Virus record (IMG/VR): IMGVR_UViG_3300034069_000619
Coordinates: 1-64,000 of that record
DNA length: 64,000 nucleotides
Strand: one strand, 5' to 3'
Origin: a virus
This document shows, piece after piece, positions 27,177 to 36,750 of this stretch; position 1 is the first letter of the stretch; each line of letters opens with the position of its first letter. The translations under genes and the position numbers were made by a program. The notes beneath the pieces were generated by a model. The model ran no database searches. It was not told the origin of the DNA and saw only the letters and a list, made by a program, of their open reading frames with translations.

Positions 27177-27836
27177 ATGGCAGACGACGCAAGCGGCTAT
27201 GCCGGACAAGCCGGTCTCACGGCTGGTAACAGCTCGCGCAACGCTGATGATTTTCAGGCACAGCAGCGCACGGCGCACGTCCGCACGATGGTGCCGGTCA
27301 AGGTCATGAAGGTGCATGGCGGTGGGGTGGGGCCGGCGCCGACGCTTGACGTGCAGATCTTGCTCGATCAGCAGGATGGCCAAGGCAACGCGACCCCGCA
27401 TGGGATGATCTACGGCATCCAGGCGCCACGCAATATGTCTGGCAACATGGCTATCATCAACGATCCCGTGGTCGGCGATATGGGTTGGATGCACGTCGCC
27501 GACCGAGACATATCGGCCTTCGTGTCGGCCAATGACAAGGCCAGCCCCGGATCGAACCGCCGTCATTCCATGTCGGACGGTGTCTATCAGAGATCGCATG
27601 ACAGCAAGGGTACGCCGAAGCAGTACATCATGGCGCGTGAAGACGGGATCACAATCGTCGACGTAAACAAAAACAAGCTGGAGTCCGGCAAGAATGGCTG
27701 GACGATCACTGGCGATCTCATGGTCTCTGGCAACGTGACTGCCGGGTTTGGTGGAAACGATTCAGTTTCTATGCAGAACCACACTCACCCGACAGCCCCA
27801 GTGGGGCCGCCGTCCAAGCCAACCGCAGGCTCGTAA
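27177..27836 (+). CDS. baseplate spike protein (gpV / Mu gp45-like)
   Basis: In-frame ATG 27177. The C-terminal SMQNHTHPT His-x-His apex motif is typical of spike proteins. Confidence 0.65.
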   Translation: MADDASGYAGQAGLTAGNSSRNADDFQAQQRTAHVRTMVPVKVMKVHGGGVGPAPTLDVQILLDQQDGQGNATPHGMIYGIQAPRNMSGNMAIINDPVVGDMGWMHVADRDISAFVSANDKASPGSNRRHSMSDGVYQRSHDSKGTPKQYIMAREDGITIVDVNKNKLESGKNGWTITGDLMVSGNVTAGFGGNDSVSMQNHTHPTAPVGPPSKPTAGS

Positions 27837-28186
27837 TGCGCACCGTATTCCTCAACCCCGACACCTGGGACCTCGTCATTGATCGCAGCGGCAACATCGC
27901 GGTGGCGGCCGATCCCTACAGCCAAGCGCAGGATGCCGCGAGCGCGATCAAGACATTCCAGGGCGAGTGCTATTTCAACACCGCGTTGGGCATCCCGTAC
28001 TGGCAGCGCGTGCTGGGGAAATTCCCGCCGGCCGCTCTGATGAAGTCCTATTTCGTTCGCGCCGCGCTGACGGTCCCCGGCGTGCTCAAGGCGCGGTGCT
28101 TCCTCGCTTCGGTCGAAAACCGCACCGTGCGCGGTCAGGTGCAGATCACGAACAGCGCCGGCCTTCCGTCTTACCTTGGGTTCTGA
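27836..28186 (+). CDS. small baseplate protein (gpW / Mu gp46 position)
   Basis: 116-aa ORF between the spike and baseplate J genes. Confidence 0.5.
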   Translation: MRTVFLNPDTWDLVIDRSGNIAVAADPYSQAQDAASAIKTFQGECYFNTALGIPYWQRVLGKFPPAALMKSYFVRAALTVPGVLKARCFLASVENRTVRGQVQITNSAGLPSYLGF

Positions 28187-28189
28187 TTG

Positions 28190-29614
28190 ATGACGGTTCC
28201 GACCCCGACGTTCACGGACACCGGCTTTCAATCTCCCGCTGAGAGCGACATCCTCGCTGGCGTCACGGGCGACATCAACGCAGCGTTCGGCGGGGGCCTC
28301 AACCCCGCCCTCAACACGCCGCAGGGCCAGTTGGCGTCGAGCATCGCGGCCATCGTCGGTAACGTGAACGACGAGTTTGCCAAGCTCGCCAACGACGTCG
28401 ATCCAGCCTTCTCTAGCGGTCGCTATCAGGACGGCATCGCTCGCATCTATTTCATTGAGCGCAGCCCTGCGCTGCCGACATCGGTGCTGGCGCAGTGCAT
28501 CGGAGCGCAGGGCGTCACGATCCCCGTAGGAGCCACTGCGAAGGCCGCTGACGGCAACTCGTACATCGCGACCCAGGCAGGCACCTTTGACGCTACAGGC
28601 GTCCTGGCGCTGCCGTTTGCCTGCACCGTGCCGGGTCCGATCGCTTGCCCGGCCGGGACGCTGACGACGATCTATACCTCGGTGTCTGGCTGGGACGCCA
28701 TCACCAACCCCAACGACGGCATTCCCGGCAAGCTGGTTGAGACCCGCGCCGCCTTTGAGGAACGGCGCCGCTTATCTGTCGCCAAAAACTCAGTTGGTTC
28801 GCTCCCTTCGGTCCTCGGCGCCGTGCTTGCGGTGCCTAACGTCATCGACGCTTTCGCAACCGAAAATGAAACGTCTCTACCCAAGATCGTAGGCGGCGTT
28901 ACCCTCGCCCCAAACACGCTGTATGTGGCCGTGGCGGGAGGCGACCCCGACGCTATCGCACAGGCGATCTGGTCGAAGAAAATCCCTGGCTGCGGGTACA
29001 ACGGCAACACCGAGGTCATTGTCTACGATACCAGCGCTGGCTATGTCCCACCCTACCCAGCCTACACTGTCGCCTATCAGGTGCCAGCTTCGCTACCTAT
29101 TTATTTCGCCATTCAGATCGCCAAGGGACAGTTCGTCCCGAGCAACGCGACGGCTTTGATCCAATTGGCTGTCGTTCAAGCCTTTGCGGGACTCGACGGC
29201 GGCCCACGCGCCAAGATCGGCACGACACTCTATGCGAGCCGGTTTTATGCTCCCATCGCGTCCTTAGGCGCTTGGGCGCAGATCGTGTCCATCCAGATCG
29301 GCGCTCCGAGTGTGCCGAGCGCGAGCTTTTTCGGGTCTATCTCGGGGGCGACACTGACCGTGTCATCCAGTACAGCGGGCGCGCTGGCCATCGGCCAGAT
29401 CATCTCCGATCCGACAGGAGTTGTGTCGGAAGGAACGACGGTTCTCGCCATGGGCAGTGGGACCGGCGGCGCGGGCACTTACACGGTGAGCCAGAGCCAG
29501 ATGACGCCATCTATTGCCATGGTGGGGGCGACCACATCGTCGTTCGACCTCGGCGTGCGTCTTGACCAGATCCCAACTGTGTCGGCCACTGACATCGCTG
29601 TCAGCTTCGTCTGA
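28190..29614 (+). CDS. baseplate J-like wedge protein with C-terminal repeat module
   Basis: About 474 aa in the gpJ position. A copy of the ~55-aa module lies at nt 29327-29500. Confidence 0.7.
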   Translation: MTVPTPTFTDTGFQSPAESDILAGVTGDINAAFGGGLNPALNTPQGQLASSIAAIVGNVNDEFAKLANDVDPAFSSGRYQDGIARIYFIERSPALPTSVLAQCIGAQGVTIPVGATAKAADGNSYIATQAGTFDATGVLALPFACTVPGPIACPAGTLTTIYTSVSGWDAITNPNDGIPGKLVETRAAFEERRRLSVAKNSVGSLPSVLGAVLAVPNVIDAFATENETSLPKIVGGVTLAPNTLYVAVAGGDPDAIAQAIWSKKIPGCGYNGNTEVIVYDTSAGYVPPYPAYTVAYQVPASLPIYFAIQIAKGQFVPSNATALIQLAVVQAFAGLDGGPRAKIGTTLYASRFYAPIASLGAWAQIVSIQIGAPSVPSASFFGSISGATLTVSSSTAGALAIGQIISDPTGVVSEGTTVLAMGSGTGGAGTYTVSQSQMTPSIAMVGATTSSFDLGVRLDQIPTVSATDIAVSFV

Positions 29615-29634
29615 TCGGCTATAAGAGGAAATTC

Positions 29635-30615
29635 ATGGCCGAGACAGGGCCTCCCTATCCCCCGCTACCAGGACCGGGATCAAACGCCATCAGCCATTTG
29701 GCGATTGGCTCTGGACAGATTGGGGATATCGCCGAGTTTGACTGGTGGCAGACGATCATCAGTCAGTATGCTAACTCGTCGCGTCTCACCGGCATCATCG
29801 GCAACATTGCCGGGTATCTGGACCAGACCGCCAACCTTGATGCCTTTTTTGATCTGATCTGGAACGTCAACACAGCCGAGGGCTATGGCCTGGATATCTG
29901 GGGAAGGATCGTAGGGGTCGGTCGCAATCTTCAGATCCTACCAGGCGACTGGTTGGGGTTCGAGGAGGCTCAGCCTGGATCTGACCCATTCAATGACGCT
30001 GGTCCGGTTACGTTTACCCCTGGGTTCGGTTTCGATGAAGGGGACGGCGGTTCCTTTGGCGAAAACTCTTTCGGCCTTGTAGCTACCTTTGGTACTGGAT
30101 TCCTGACTGGAGGTTCATTCTTTTCGAGCTATACCCTTCCTACAAATTACCGCTTGCTTGATGAAGACTACCGCACCCTGATTTTTGCTAAAGCTGCAGC
30201 GAATATTACTGACGGATCCATTCCAGCAATAAATCAAATTTTGATGGGACTTTTTCCTAATCGTGGAAACTGTTACGTTACCGACTGCCCAATGCCGCAG
30301 TCATATTTAGGCTTTGCCGAAGCACTTTACACATCAAGGTCTTTCAATAGTCCTAAAAATGTATCTCAAACCAGCGGTATTGGGTTTGAGGAAGCGGATG
30401 GCGCTCCGTTCGGCACACAGCCTTTTGGTGTTTTCACAACATATGGCGACTCAAATAATACGGGGGGGTTTTTCTATTCCGGAACACCGGATCCCCGTAT
30501 GACTTTGACTTATACGTTCGAGTTTCAGCTAACACCTGTTGAACTCGCGATCATCAAACAATCCGGCGTACTCCCGAAGCCTGTAGGCGTCGCGGCGACG
30601 GTCGTCATCCGTTAG
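29635..30615 (+). CDS. DUF2612-like baseplate/fibre-attachment protein
   Basis: Motif DWWQTIISQYANSSRLTGII...FDLIWNVNTAEGYGLDIWGRIVG. Contains an internal duplicated GFEEA..FG..FG segment. Confidence 0.6.
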   Translation: MAETGPPYPPLPGPGSNAISHLAIGSGQIGDIAEFDWWQTIISQYANSSRLTGIIGNIAGYLDQTANLDAFFDLIWNVNTAEGYGLDIWGRIVGVGRNLQILPGDWLGFEEAQPGSDPFNDAGPVTFTPGFGFDEGDGGSFGENSFGLVATFGTGFLTGGSFFSSYTLPTNYRLLDEDYRTLIFAKAAANITDGSIPAINQILMGLFPNRGNCYVTDCPMPQSYLGFAEALYTSRSFNSPKNVSQTSGIGFEEADGAPFGTQPFGVFTTYGDSNNTGGFFYSGTPDPRMTLTYTFEFQLTPVELAIIKQSGVLPKPVGVAATVVIR

Positions 30616-30625
30616 GGATTTTAAA

Positions 30626-33070
30626 ATGCAGGCGTCCCAGCTCCCGAATTATAAGTTCCCGATCCCGTTTGCAAACTCGGCCAGCGCTCAATATCAGCGC
30701 ACGATTCCCAAGGGTTCGCAGCAGGGCATCATCGATGGTGCGGCATCTCTTGCTGACGGCTTTCCCCCAAAAACATTCATTCCGGTGAATTCGGGTGGAA
30801 CCCCTCCTTTCGGGCAGGACTTCAACGGTCTGCTGAACGCCATCACCGCTTGGACCCGATGGCAGAACGCTGGCGGCCTAGTTACGTTTGACTCCACGTT
30901 TGCAGCCGATATCGGCGGCTATCCCATGGGCGCCATTCTGATGTCGGCGACGCCAGGTCGCTTGTGGCTTAGCACGACTGACAATAATACGACCAACCCT
31001 GATGTTAGCGGCACAGATGGGACGGGTTGGACCTCTATCGTCACGTCTGCGGTGAGATCCTATTTTCAGGCAGGGGACGTTAACGTCAACATCTCTGCGA
31101 ATGATAGTGTGGTGGCGACAAATGTCGTCCTAACTGCTCCGCGCGTCTGGACGCTGCCGCTGGCATCATCTGTTCCGGCAGGGACCACTATTGCGCTGAT
31201 TGACCCTGATGGCGCGGTATCTTCCGCCAACACGATCACGATCGCGTGTTCTGGTTCGGATACAATTAACGGACAAGTGACGGAGGTTCTTTCCACCTCT
31301 TTCTTCCAACTTGAAGCATACTCGGATGGTTTGTCGAGATGGACTTTCCAATATGTTGATCTTAGCCAGATTCCTGGTTATGCGATAACGATCGCTGGAC
31401 TCCAGAGCGGGCTGACGTCGCTGCTGGCACAACTTGCAGCCCTACGAGCTTTCTTTCTTGCAGAGATTGCCGCTCTGCGCGCTAGCCTCACGGCCAGCCA
31501 AACCACAACGAGCAATCAGGGCGTTGGCGCAACCTACTCTGGCATCGATTATTTTGTCGATGAAAGTCAGTGCACCCCATCATTTCCTGGATATAATTGT
31601 CTCGTAGGCCAGGGGCAAGGCCTCACTTTCAAGCCTGGCTCTACTGCGCAGACAAATTTTACGCTCGCCAATCCTTTTGCTGCTAATCCGGCAACATCCT
31701 CGTTGTCAGGTTACACCGCCCTCGGAGTTCAGAGCCAAGTCAACGCCAGTGACCCAGGTCCGATTGCGACGACTATTTCTATTCAACAGCTCCCTGCGGT
31801 AACGCAAACGGTCACCCAGCGTGGACTTCCGAGAGTTCGGTCACTTTATGGTGCTCAGTACACGGCTGGATCAACCAACCAACTACTAATGAGCGGTGAC
31901 CCGACGCGGCTGTTCGGCAACAACACAAACGATTTTACGTACAATCCTGTATGGGGTAATTGGGTCACACCGACGACTGCCCTGGTGCAAAATAAAGGGC
32001 TATGGCAGTACACTGCAGCAAAGGATTACTGGACCCCTATTCTTGCAACGAGCACAACTAACGGTTGGAACGGATTTGTTCAGAGCTACAAGTTTCCATT
32101 TGCGCTCGTTACTACCGGCTTTTTCGTGCCGTTCGTTCCTAGCGGATCGGGACAGGTCCGCATTTTGCTCATGAAGAGCAAATCTGATGGCAGTCCTGAT
32201 TTTTCCAATGTTATAGCAGATCGGACTCTGACAGCAGGTGGAGCTAGTACAGATCCTAATACTGGCGCCCAGGGCACCCCAATGACGTTTGCCCCAACAT
32301 ATATTGCGCCAAACGCAACCATACATGCATGCTTTATCTCAAGCGTCGGTGGGACTTTAACTATGAGCAACAGCGTAGGATACGCTACTGCTTTCTTGGC
32401 CCAGACTGCCGGTAATTTCACGACTTATGGTCCGCAGTTTGCCGACATGACGATGTACGGTCTAAATTTCAACGCCTCTGGTCAGATCAGTTTTTTGGGG
32501 TCAGGAAACATTGTGCTCAGCTCGGGCATAAACAGTATTGACCTATCAATTCCGGCTATTATTCCTGATGGCTGCTCAGTCGATGTTCTGCTGAATGGCA
32601 AGAGCATGGCCACCACAGATCCATCTGTGGTGTTTGCTGGCGCACCCACATCTGTCGGGTTCCAGCTAGTGTTGTATGGTAATGGTGTCGTTACTCCTAT
32701 CGTTGATACCGCCAACATGAAAGTTTGGGCTTCGCAAGGCGGAACCTCGTTTCTCAATGAGAGCGCCACGTTCACGATGCCGTCGCCTGAAAGCACAGTA
32801 GTCGAGAGTGCTATTTTGTCCGGCTACAATCCAGCAGTTCATACCTATGCCGAAATGCTCGAAGCCGGCAGCAGCCCAAGCACGCTTGCTGCAGCGGTCG
32901 CAACGACAGGAACCCCTACGCCAGTCGCGCAGTCGGATGGGACTTATCTGGTCACCAGCACGTGGAGTCTTAGTTCACCAGCGTCGGCCATCCGGTTTCG
33001 GAGGCAGGGCACCACCACAGACGCGACGCAGCAATATCGCGTCGTTCAGGCTAATCGTCAGGCGCACTGA
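30626..33070 (+). CDS. tail fibre protein
   Basis: 814 aa with a conserved fibre-type N-terminus (PNYKFPIPFAN...GFPPKTFIP...GTPPFGQDFNG). The body is AT-richer. Confidence 0.7.
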   Translation: MQASQLPNYKFPIPFANSASAQYQRTIPKGSQQGIIDGAASLADGFPPKTFIPVNSGGTPPFGQDFNGLLNAITAWTRWQNAGGLVTFDSTFAADIGGYPMGAILMSATPGRLWLSTTDNNTTNPDVSGTDGTGWTSIVTSAVRSYFQAGDVNVNISANDSVVATNVVLTAPRVWTLPLASSVPAGTTIALIDPDGAVSSANTITIACSGSDTINGQVTEVLSTSFFQLEAYSDGLSRWTFQYVDLSQIPGYAITIAGLQSGLTSLLAQLAALRAFFLAEIAALRASLTASQTTTSNQGVGATYSGIDYFVDESQCTPSFPGYNCLVGQGQGLTFKPGSTAQTNFTLANPFAANPATSSLSGYTALGVQSQVNASDPGPIATTISIQQLPAVTQTVTQRGLPRVRSLYGAQYTAGSTNQLLMSGDPTRLFGNNTNDFTYNPVWGNWVTPTTALVQNKGLWQYTAAKDYWTPILATSTTNGWNGFVQSYKFPFALVTTGFFVPFVPSGSGQVRILLMKSKSDGSPDFSNVIADRTLTAGGASTDPNTGAQGTPMTFAPTYIAPNATIHACFISSVGGTLTMSNSVGYATAFLAQTAGNFTTYGPQFADMTMYGLNFNASGQISFLGSGNIVLSSGINSIDLSIPAIIPDGCSVDVLLNGKSMATTDPSVVFAGAPTSVGFQLVLYGNGVVTPIVDTANMKVWASQGGTSFLNESATFTMPSPESTVVESAILSGYNPAVHTYAEMLEAGSSPSTLAAAVATTGTPTPVAQSDGTYLVTSTWSLSSPASAIRFRRQGTTTDATQQYRVVQANRQAH

Positions 33071-33474
33071 TGGGCGCGCAATCTTCTCCGGGATGGAGCT
33101 ACGGCTTCGTCCCGACGCCTGCCCAATGGAACAGGGCGTTTTCCGAGAAACAGGATGCATTGGGATTTACGCCGGTTAATCGATCCGGCGACGTGATGAC
33201 CGGCACGTTGACCCTCAAAGCGTCCAGTGTTTTCGGTCCGAGTCTGACAATCACTCCAGGCGTATCGCCTGCTGGCGATGCCAAGGCCGATGGCGATCTC
33301 TGGATGACGTCAGACGGTCTGTTCTATCAGATCAATGGTGAATCCGTAGGTCCCATAGGGGTTGCCCAAACATTCAAAGCCATGTTGACTGCTCTTTGGG
33401 CTTCATTGCCTACGTCGCCACCCCTGACGCCAGGTCTTCCTTGGCGGAACGGTGACACTCTGTCATTCTCGTGA
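33070..33474 (+). CDS. fibre-associated protein
   Basis: 134-aa ORF; its ATG overlaps the fibre stop. Confidence 0.5.
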   Translation: MGAQSSPGWSYGFVPTPAQWNRAFSEKQDALGFTPVNRSGDVMTGTLTLKASSVFGPSLTITPGVSPAGDAKADGDLWMTSDGLFYQINGESVGPIGVAQTFKAMLTALWASLPTSPPLTPGLPWRNGDTLSFS

Positions 33475-35173
33475 GGTTGCTTTGAATCGTACATCATGCC
33501 TTGTTTTGGGCTTTATCGCCATCTTAGCAACCTCAGCGTCTGCCCAGCAAGCAACACCGCCTTTTTTTGCAAGATTTGGAGTTGTATTTGCTGACGGATC
33601 TGTGGTTAAAGGGGTAGGAACTAGTAGCAACACTGTCGCATCAGGCCCAGCTCTCGCGGGAGAGATAGCCAGAGCTACGGCTGCAGAACAAGCCAACGCA
33701 TCTGCGAACGCAATCAATTCATCATCTATTTCAGCAGAAACGGCCCGAGCGCAGACTGCTGAAGCGAATATATCTACTGCTGCGGCACAGAAAAGCGCTA
33801 ATCTGTCGGATCTCGCGTCCGCTTCGACAGCGCGCACAAATCTCGGGCTTGGCACCGCAGCGGTGCAACCGTCGAGTTTCTTCCTCCAGGTTGGCAACAA
33901 CCTCTCCGATCTAGCGTCCGTGACCCTAGCCAGGGCGAACCTTGGGCTTGGGACGATCGCAACTCAGGCGGCGAGCGGCGTCGCCATCACGGGCGGCACG
34001 ATCAACGGTACGGCGGTCGGCGGCACGATGCCCGCGGCCGGCGCCTTCACCACTCTGTCAGCCACGACGCCAGTCTCAGTCGCCTCGGGCGGAACCGGTG
34101 GGTCCACGGCCTCGGCGGCTCGCTCCGGGCTCGGCGCAGCGGCTTCGGGCGCCAACACCGACATCACGAGCATCTCGGGCCTGACCACGGCCCTGAGCGT
34201 CGGGCAGGGCGGCACGGGCGGAACGACAGCCAGTGGCGCCAGGATGGCCCTCAGCGCGGCGGCGAGTGGGGCGAACACCGACATCACGTCGCTTTCGGCC
34301 CCGGCCCTCGGCGCAGCCACTGCAACCACCCAAGCGGCTGGTACGGCCAATTCGACGGTCGCAACAACTGGCTTTGTCGCGACCGCGGTTGGTGGCGGCT
34401 CTGGGAGTTCTGGGTTCCCCTCTACCTTCGCGACCAAGAGCGCGAGCTATACCGTCGCCACGAGTGACGCGGGCACTCAGTTCACGCTCACGGGCTCGTC
34501 GACCCTGACCCTGCCATCGGCAGCTTCCTTCGGGGCCGGCAAGGGCATCTTCGTCAAGAAGACGGACGGCACCGGCACGTGGAGCATCGCGCCATCAAGC
34601 GGCACGGTGGATGGGCTATCCGCGATCGCAATGTATTCCGAAGGCAGCTACGCCATCGTCTCAGACGGCACGAATTGGCAGAGCCAGGGCCGGCCTAAGG
34701 GATGGATCCCGATCAGCTCCGTGGTCGTGTCGTCGGCAGTCGCCAGCATCAATTTTACGACGGGCGGAACCGATCCCGAGCTGACGGACATGCAGATCAA
34801 TGCCGAAAACGTCAATCTCGGATCTGCCAGCGGCTTCGTGATGTACCTGCAGAAGTCAGGATCATACGTCACGAACAGCAACTCTTCGGCCATTCTTTAT
34901 AGCGGTAGCGGAACGGCGAACTCGACGTCCTCAACGAGCTTGACGCCCTTCGTGGGGTCCAACGCAAACGGGCTCTTTGCGACCTTCACGACCTATAATT
35001 TCCGAAGCACCGCGCAACGTGTCGAGATGACGGGGGCTGTCCCACTGACGCCATACATGGGAACAGCGCAGGGGCAGAACACGACGGCCGCGCCGGTCAC
35101 AGGATGGCAGCTAACGCCGGGTGGGCCGAACATCACGGCAGGATCCTTCTTTCAGAAAGGGTTCCGCAAATGA
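33452..35173 (+). CDS. second fibre-like protein with repeats and a signal-peptide-like N-terminus
   Basis: Repeats NLSDLAS..ARxNLGLG and GAAASGANTDITS. N-terminal LVLGFIAILATSASAQQ. Confidence 0.55.
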   Translation: MTLCHSREVALNRTSCLVLGFIAILATSASAQQATPPFFARFGVVFADGSVVKGVGTSSNTVASGPALAGEIARATAAEQANASANAINSSSISAETARAQTAEANISTAAAQKSANLSDLASASTARTNLGLGTAAVQPSSFFLQVGNNLSDLASVTLARANLGLGTIATQAASGVAITGGTINGTAVGGTMPAAGAFTTLSATTPVSVASGGTGGSTASAARSGLGAAASGANTDITSISGLTTALSVGQGGTGGTTASGARMALSAAASGANTDITSLSAPALGAATATTQAAGTANSTVATTGFVATAVGGGSGSSGFPSTFATKSASYTVATSDAGTQFTLTGSSTLTLPSAASFGAGKGIFVKKTDGTGTWSIAPSSGTVDGLSAIAMYSEGSYAIVSDGTNWQSQGRPKGWIPISSVVVSSAVASINFTTGGTDPELTDMQINAENVNLGSASGFVMYLQKSGSYVTNSNSSAILYSGSGTANSTSSTSLTPFVGSNANGLFATFTTYNFRSTAQRVEMTGAVPLTPYMGTAQGQNTTAAPVTGWQLTPGGPNITAGSFFQKGFRK

Positions 35174-35568
35174 GCCAGACCGTTCCGATCCTGCAGGACT
35201 CCGTTGTCATGCAGGTTGCCCCTGATGATCCAAGGGCGCCTGTTGTTGTGTCTCAGGAGCCCGCTGTCCCCGACAACCCGACCCTAGGCGACTGGCGTGT
35301 CGGCCTCACTCTCTGGGGCCGCATGGACGACGTCACCGCCAAAGTGGCCGCGCTCGTTGCATCCTCCGATGCGTCGCAGGCTATGCTCGGCAAGATCGCC
35401 ACCGAGCGGCTTGAGTATTCCAACTTCGTGCAGCGCGCGACGCTGCTGTCCCTGAAGGACGCGCTCGGCTTTACCACCGCCGATGTCGATGAGAGCCTCT
35501 GGCGCGCTCACCAGGTCAGCATTGGCGATCTGTCCGGCACGTGGCCGCTGACGACGACGGCATCTTAG
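35170..35568 (+). CDS. hypothetical protein (fibre assembly position)
   Basis: In-frame ATG 35170 overlaps the upstream TGA. Confidence 0.5.
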   Translation: MSQTVPILQDSVVMQVAPDDPRAPVVVSQEPAVPDNPTLGDWRVGLTLWGRMDDVTAKVAALVASSDASQAMLGKIATERLEYSNFVQRATLLSLKDALGFTTADVDESLWRAHQVSIGDLSGTWPLTTTAS

Positions 35569-35791
35569 CCCTCCCTCTACGTATTAAAAGGCGCGCCATG
35601 ACGTCTCTCGTCTTCGTCCGTGATGTCCCGTCGCTGGGCTTCGCCTCTGGCGACATCGCTACGGACGAAGCATCGGTCCTGGCCTCAACCACACACGCGA
35701 GGCTAGTCGCATCCTCGTGGATCTCCGCTGGGCGGTCCGCTCGTCCCATACCCCATTCCCGGCATCCCGCCGAGAAACCGCGGAGACGCAC

Positions 35792-36190
35792 ATGCACGCC
35801 TCCGAACACCACCCCCTGCTTGAGCGCATCGAGATTTTCCTCGGCTTGGCTCAAGAGCACCACAGCCGCCGACAGGCGGAAATGGAGATGATGATGCAGA
35901 ACCTTCCCGAACTGATTTCCGCTGTGAACAAGCTGATCGCGTCGCGCCAGACGGCTCTGAGCCGGGCTGAAGCGGCCGAGGCTGAGAACGGCAGCCTCAA
36001 GGCGCAGATCGCGTCCGATGAGGAGGCCGCCAAGCACGCTACCGACGTGGTGGATGCCGAGATCGAAGCCGAGATGGGCGCCGCCCCCACGGCTCCGCCG
36101 GCTGATACCGTTGTGAGTGGCCATGAGGACACCGTGACCGGCGCGTTCGGGAACGGTCTCGTCCACGAGGACACCACCGTCGCTCAGTGA
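35792..36190 (+). CDS. hypothetical coiled-coil protein
   Basis: ATG 35792 within ORF 35717-36190. Helical, Ala/Glu-rich. The start is uncertain. Confidence 0.4.
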   Translation: MHASEHHPLLERIEIFLGLAQEHHSRRQAEMEMMMQNLPELISAVNKLIASRQTALSRAEAAEAENGSLKAQIASDEEAAKHATDVVDAEIEAEMGAAPTAPPADTVVSGHEDTVTGAFGNGLVHEDTTVAQ

Positions 36191-36196
36191 TCGTGA

Positions 36197-36224
36197 TGCC
36201 GCCCTATCTTAAGGTGGGGCGGCA
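36197..36224. terminator. GC-rich hairpin between convergent transcription units
   Basis: Stem TGCCGCCC/GGGCGGCA with a 12-nt loop. No clear U-tract on either strand. Confidence 0.3.
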
Positions 36225-36228
36225 CAAT

Positions 36229-36429
36229 CTATTGCCGGTCTGACGAGATTGGCACGATGCGTACGACAAACGGACGCTGGTATCCCTTAACCGGTTTCGG
36301 ACGGACGAAGACGTGTCGGTACGTGGTACCGGCCTTCAAGAGTTGTGAGCCCCCCTCGACGGCGAAGCGGGTCTGGCACGTTTCGGTTCGCCTTCGTTTC
36401 CGCTCTTTCACCCTGTGACGTGTAGCCAA
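36229..36429 (-). CDS. possible small basic protein
   Basis: 66-aa ORF with a TTG start 4 nt after the upstream stop. Hand-counted GC3 is only about 64%. Confidence 0.3.
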   Translation of the reverse strand: MATRHRVKERKRRRTETCQTRFAVEGGSQLLKAGTTYRHVFVRPKPVKGYQRPFVVRIVPISSDRQ

Positions 36430-36432
36430 AAA

Positions 36433-36750
36433 TTATTCCTTATCCAAGTGCGGCTCCGTTGATGCCATCCAAGCGTCGAACGCCGTGCTTGGGTTGGGGT
36501 AGGACAGTACGCCGTTCACCATCCAAGCTTCGCCGCCCATTGCAGGCGAGATGGTCACGGCACCACGAGGATGCCGGCGTCGGTTCTCTTCGTCCTCGGC
36601 CATGCGGACCTTAAGGAGAAAGGCTTCGGCAACTTCTGTTACGTTGGCGTCTTCGTCGAAAAGCGTATATCGAGTTTCGTATTCGCCGTCGATGTAGACG
36701 CGTCCAGCTTCTTCGAAAGCCTCAACCAGCATCTTACCGAGATCCATCAC
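36433..36750 (-). CDS. hypothetical acidic protein
   Basis: 105-aa ORF with a 4-nt overlap on the ParB-like gene. Confidence 0.5.
   Translation of the reverse strand: MMDLGKMLVEAFEEAGRVYIDGEYETRYTLFDEDANVTEVAEAFLLKVRMAEDEENRRRHPRGAVTISPAMGGEAWMVNGVLSYPNPSTAFDAWMASTEPHLDKE

Noticed and set aside
29635-35173. Diversity-generating retroelement (TR/VR pair plus reverse transcriptase) near the fibre genes, and retron-type RT/ncRNA elsewhere
   Set aside because: No ORF in the window shows RT motifs (no YxDD-type core). I saw no near-identical template/variable repeat pair. The repeats in the fibres are ordinary in-frame peptide repeats.
35541-35891. 116-aa ORF (or ATG 35598 variant) between the fibre-associated gene and the coiled-coil gene
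   Set aside because: The first ~40 aa look protein-like, but the rest is Arg/Ser/Pro-rich and overlaps the better 35792-36190 frame. A frameshifted or decayed gene is possible, but I cannot support a call.
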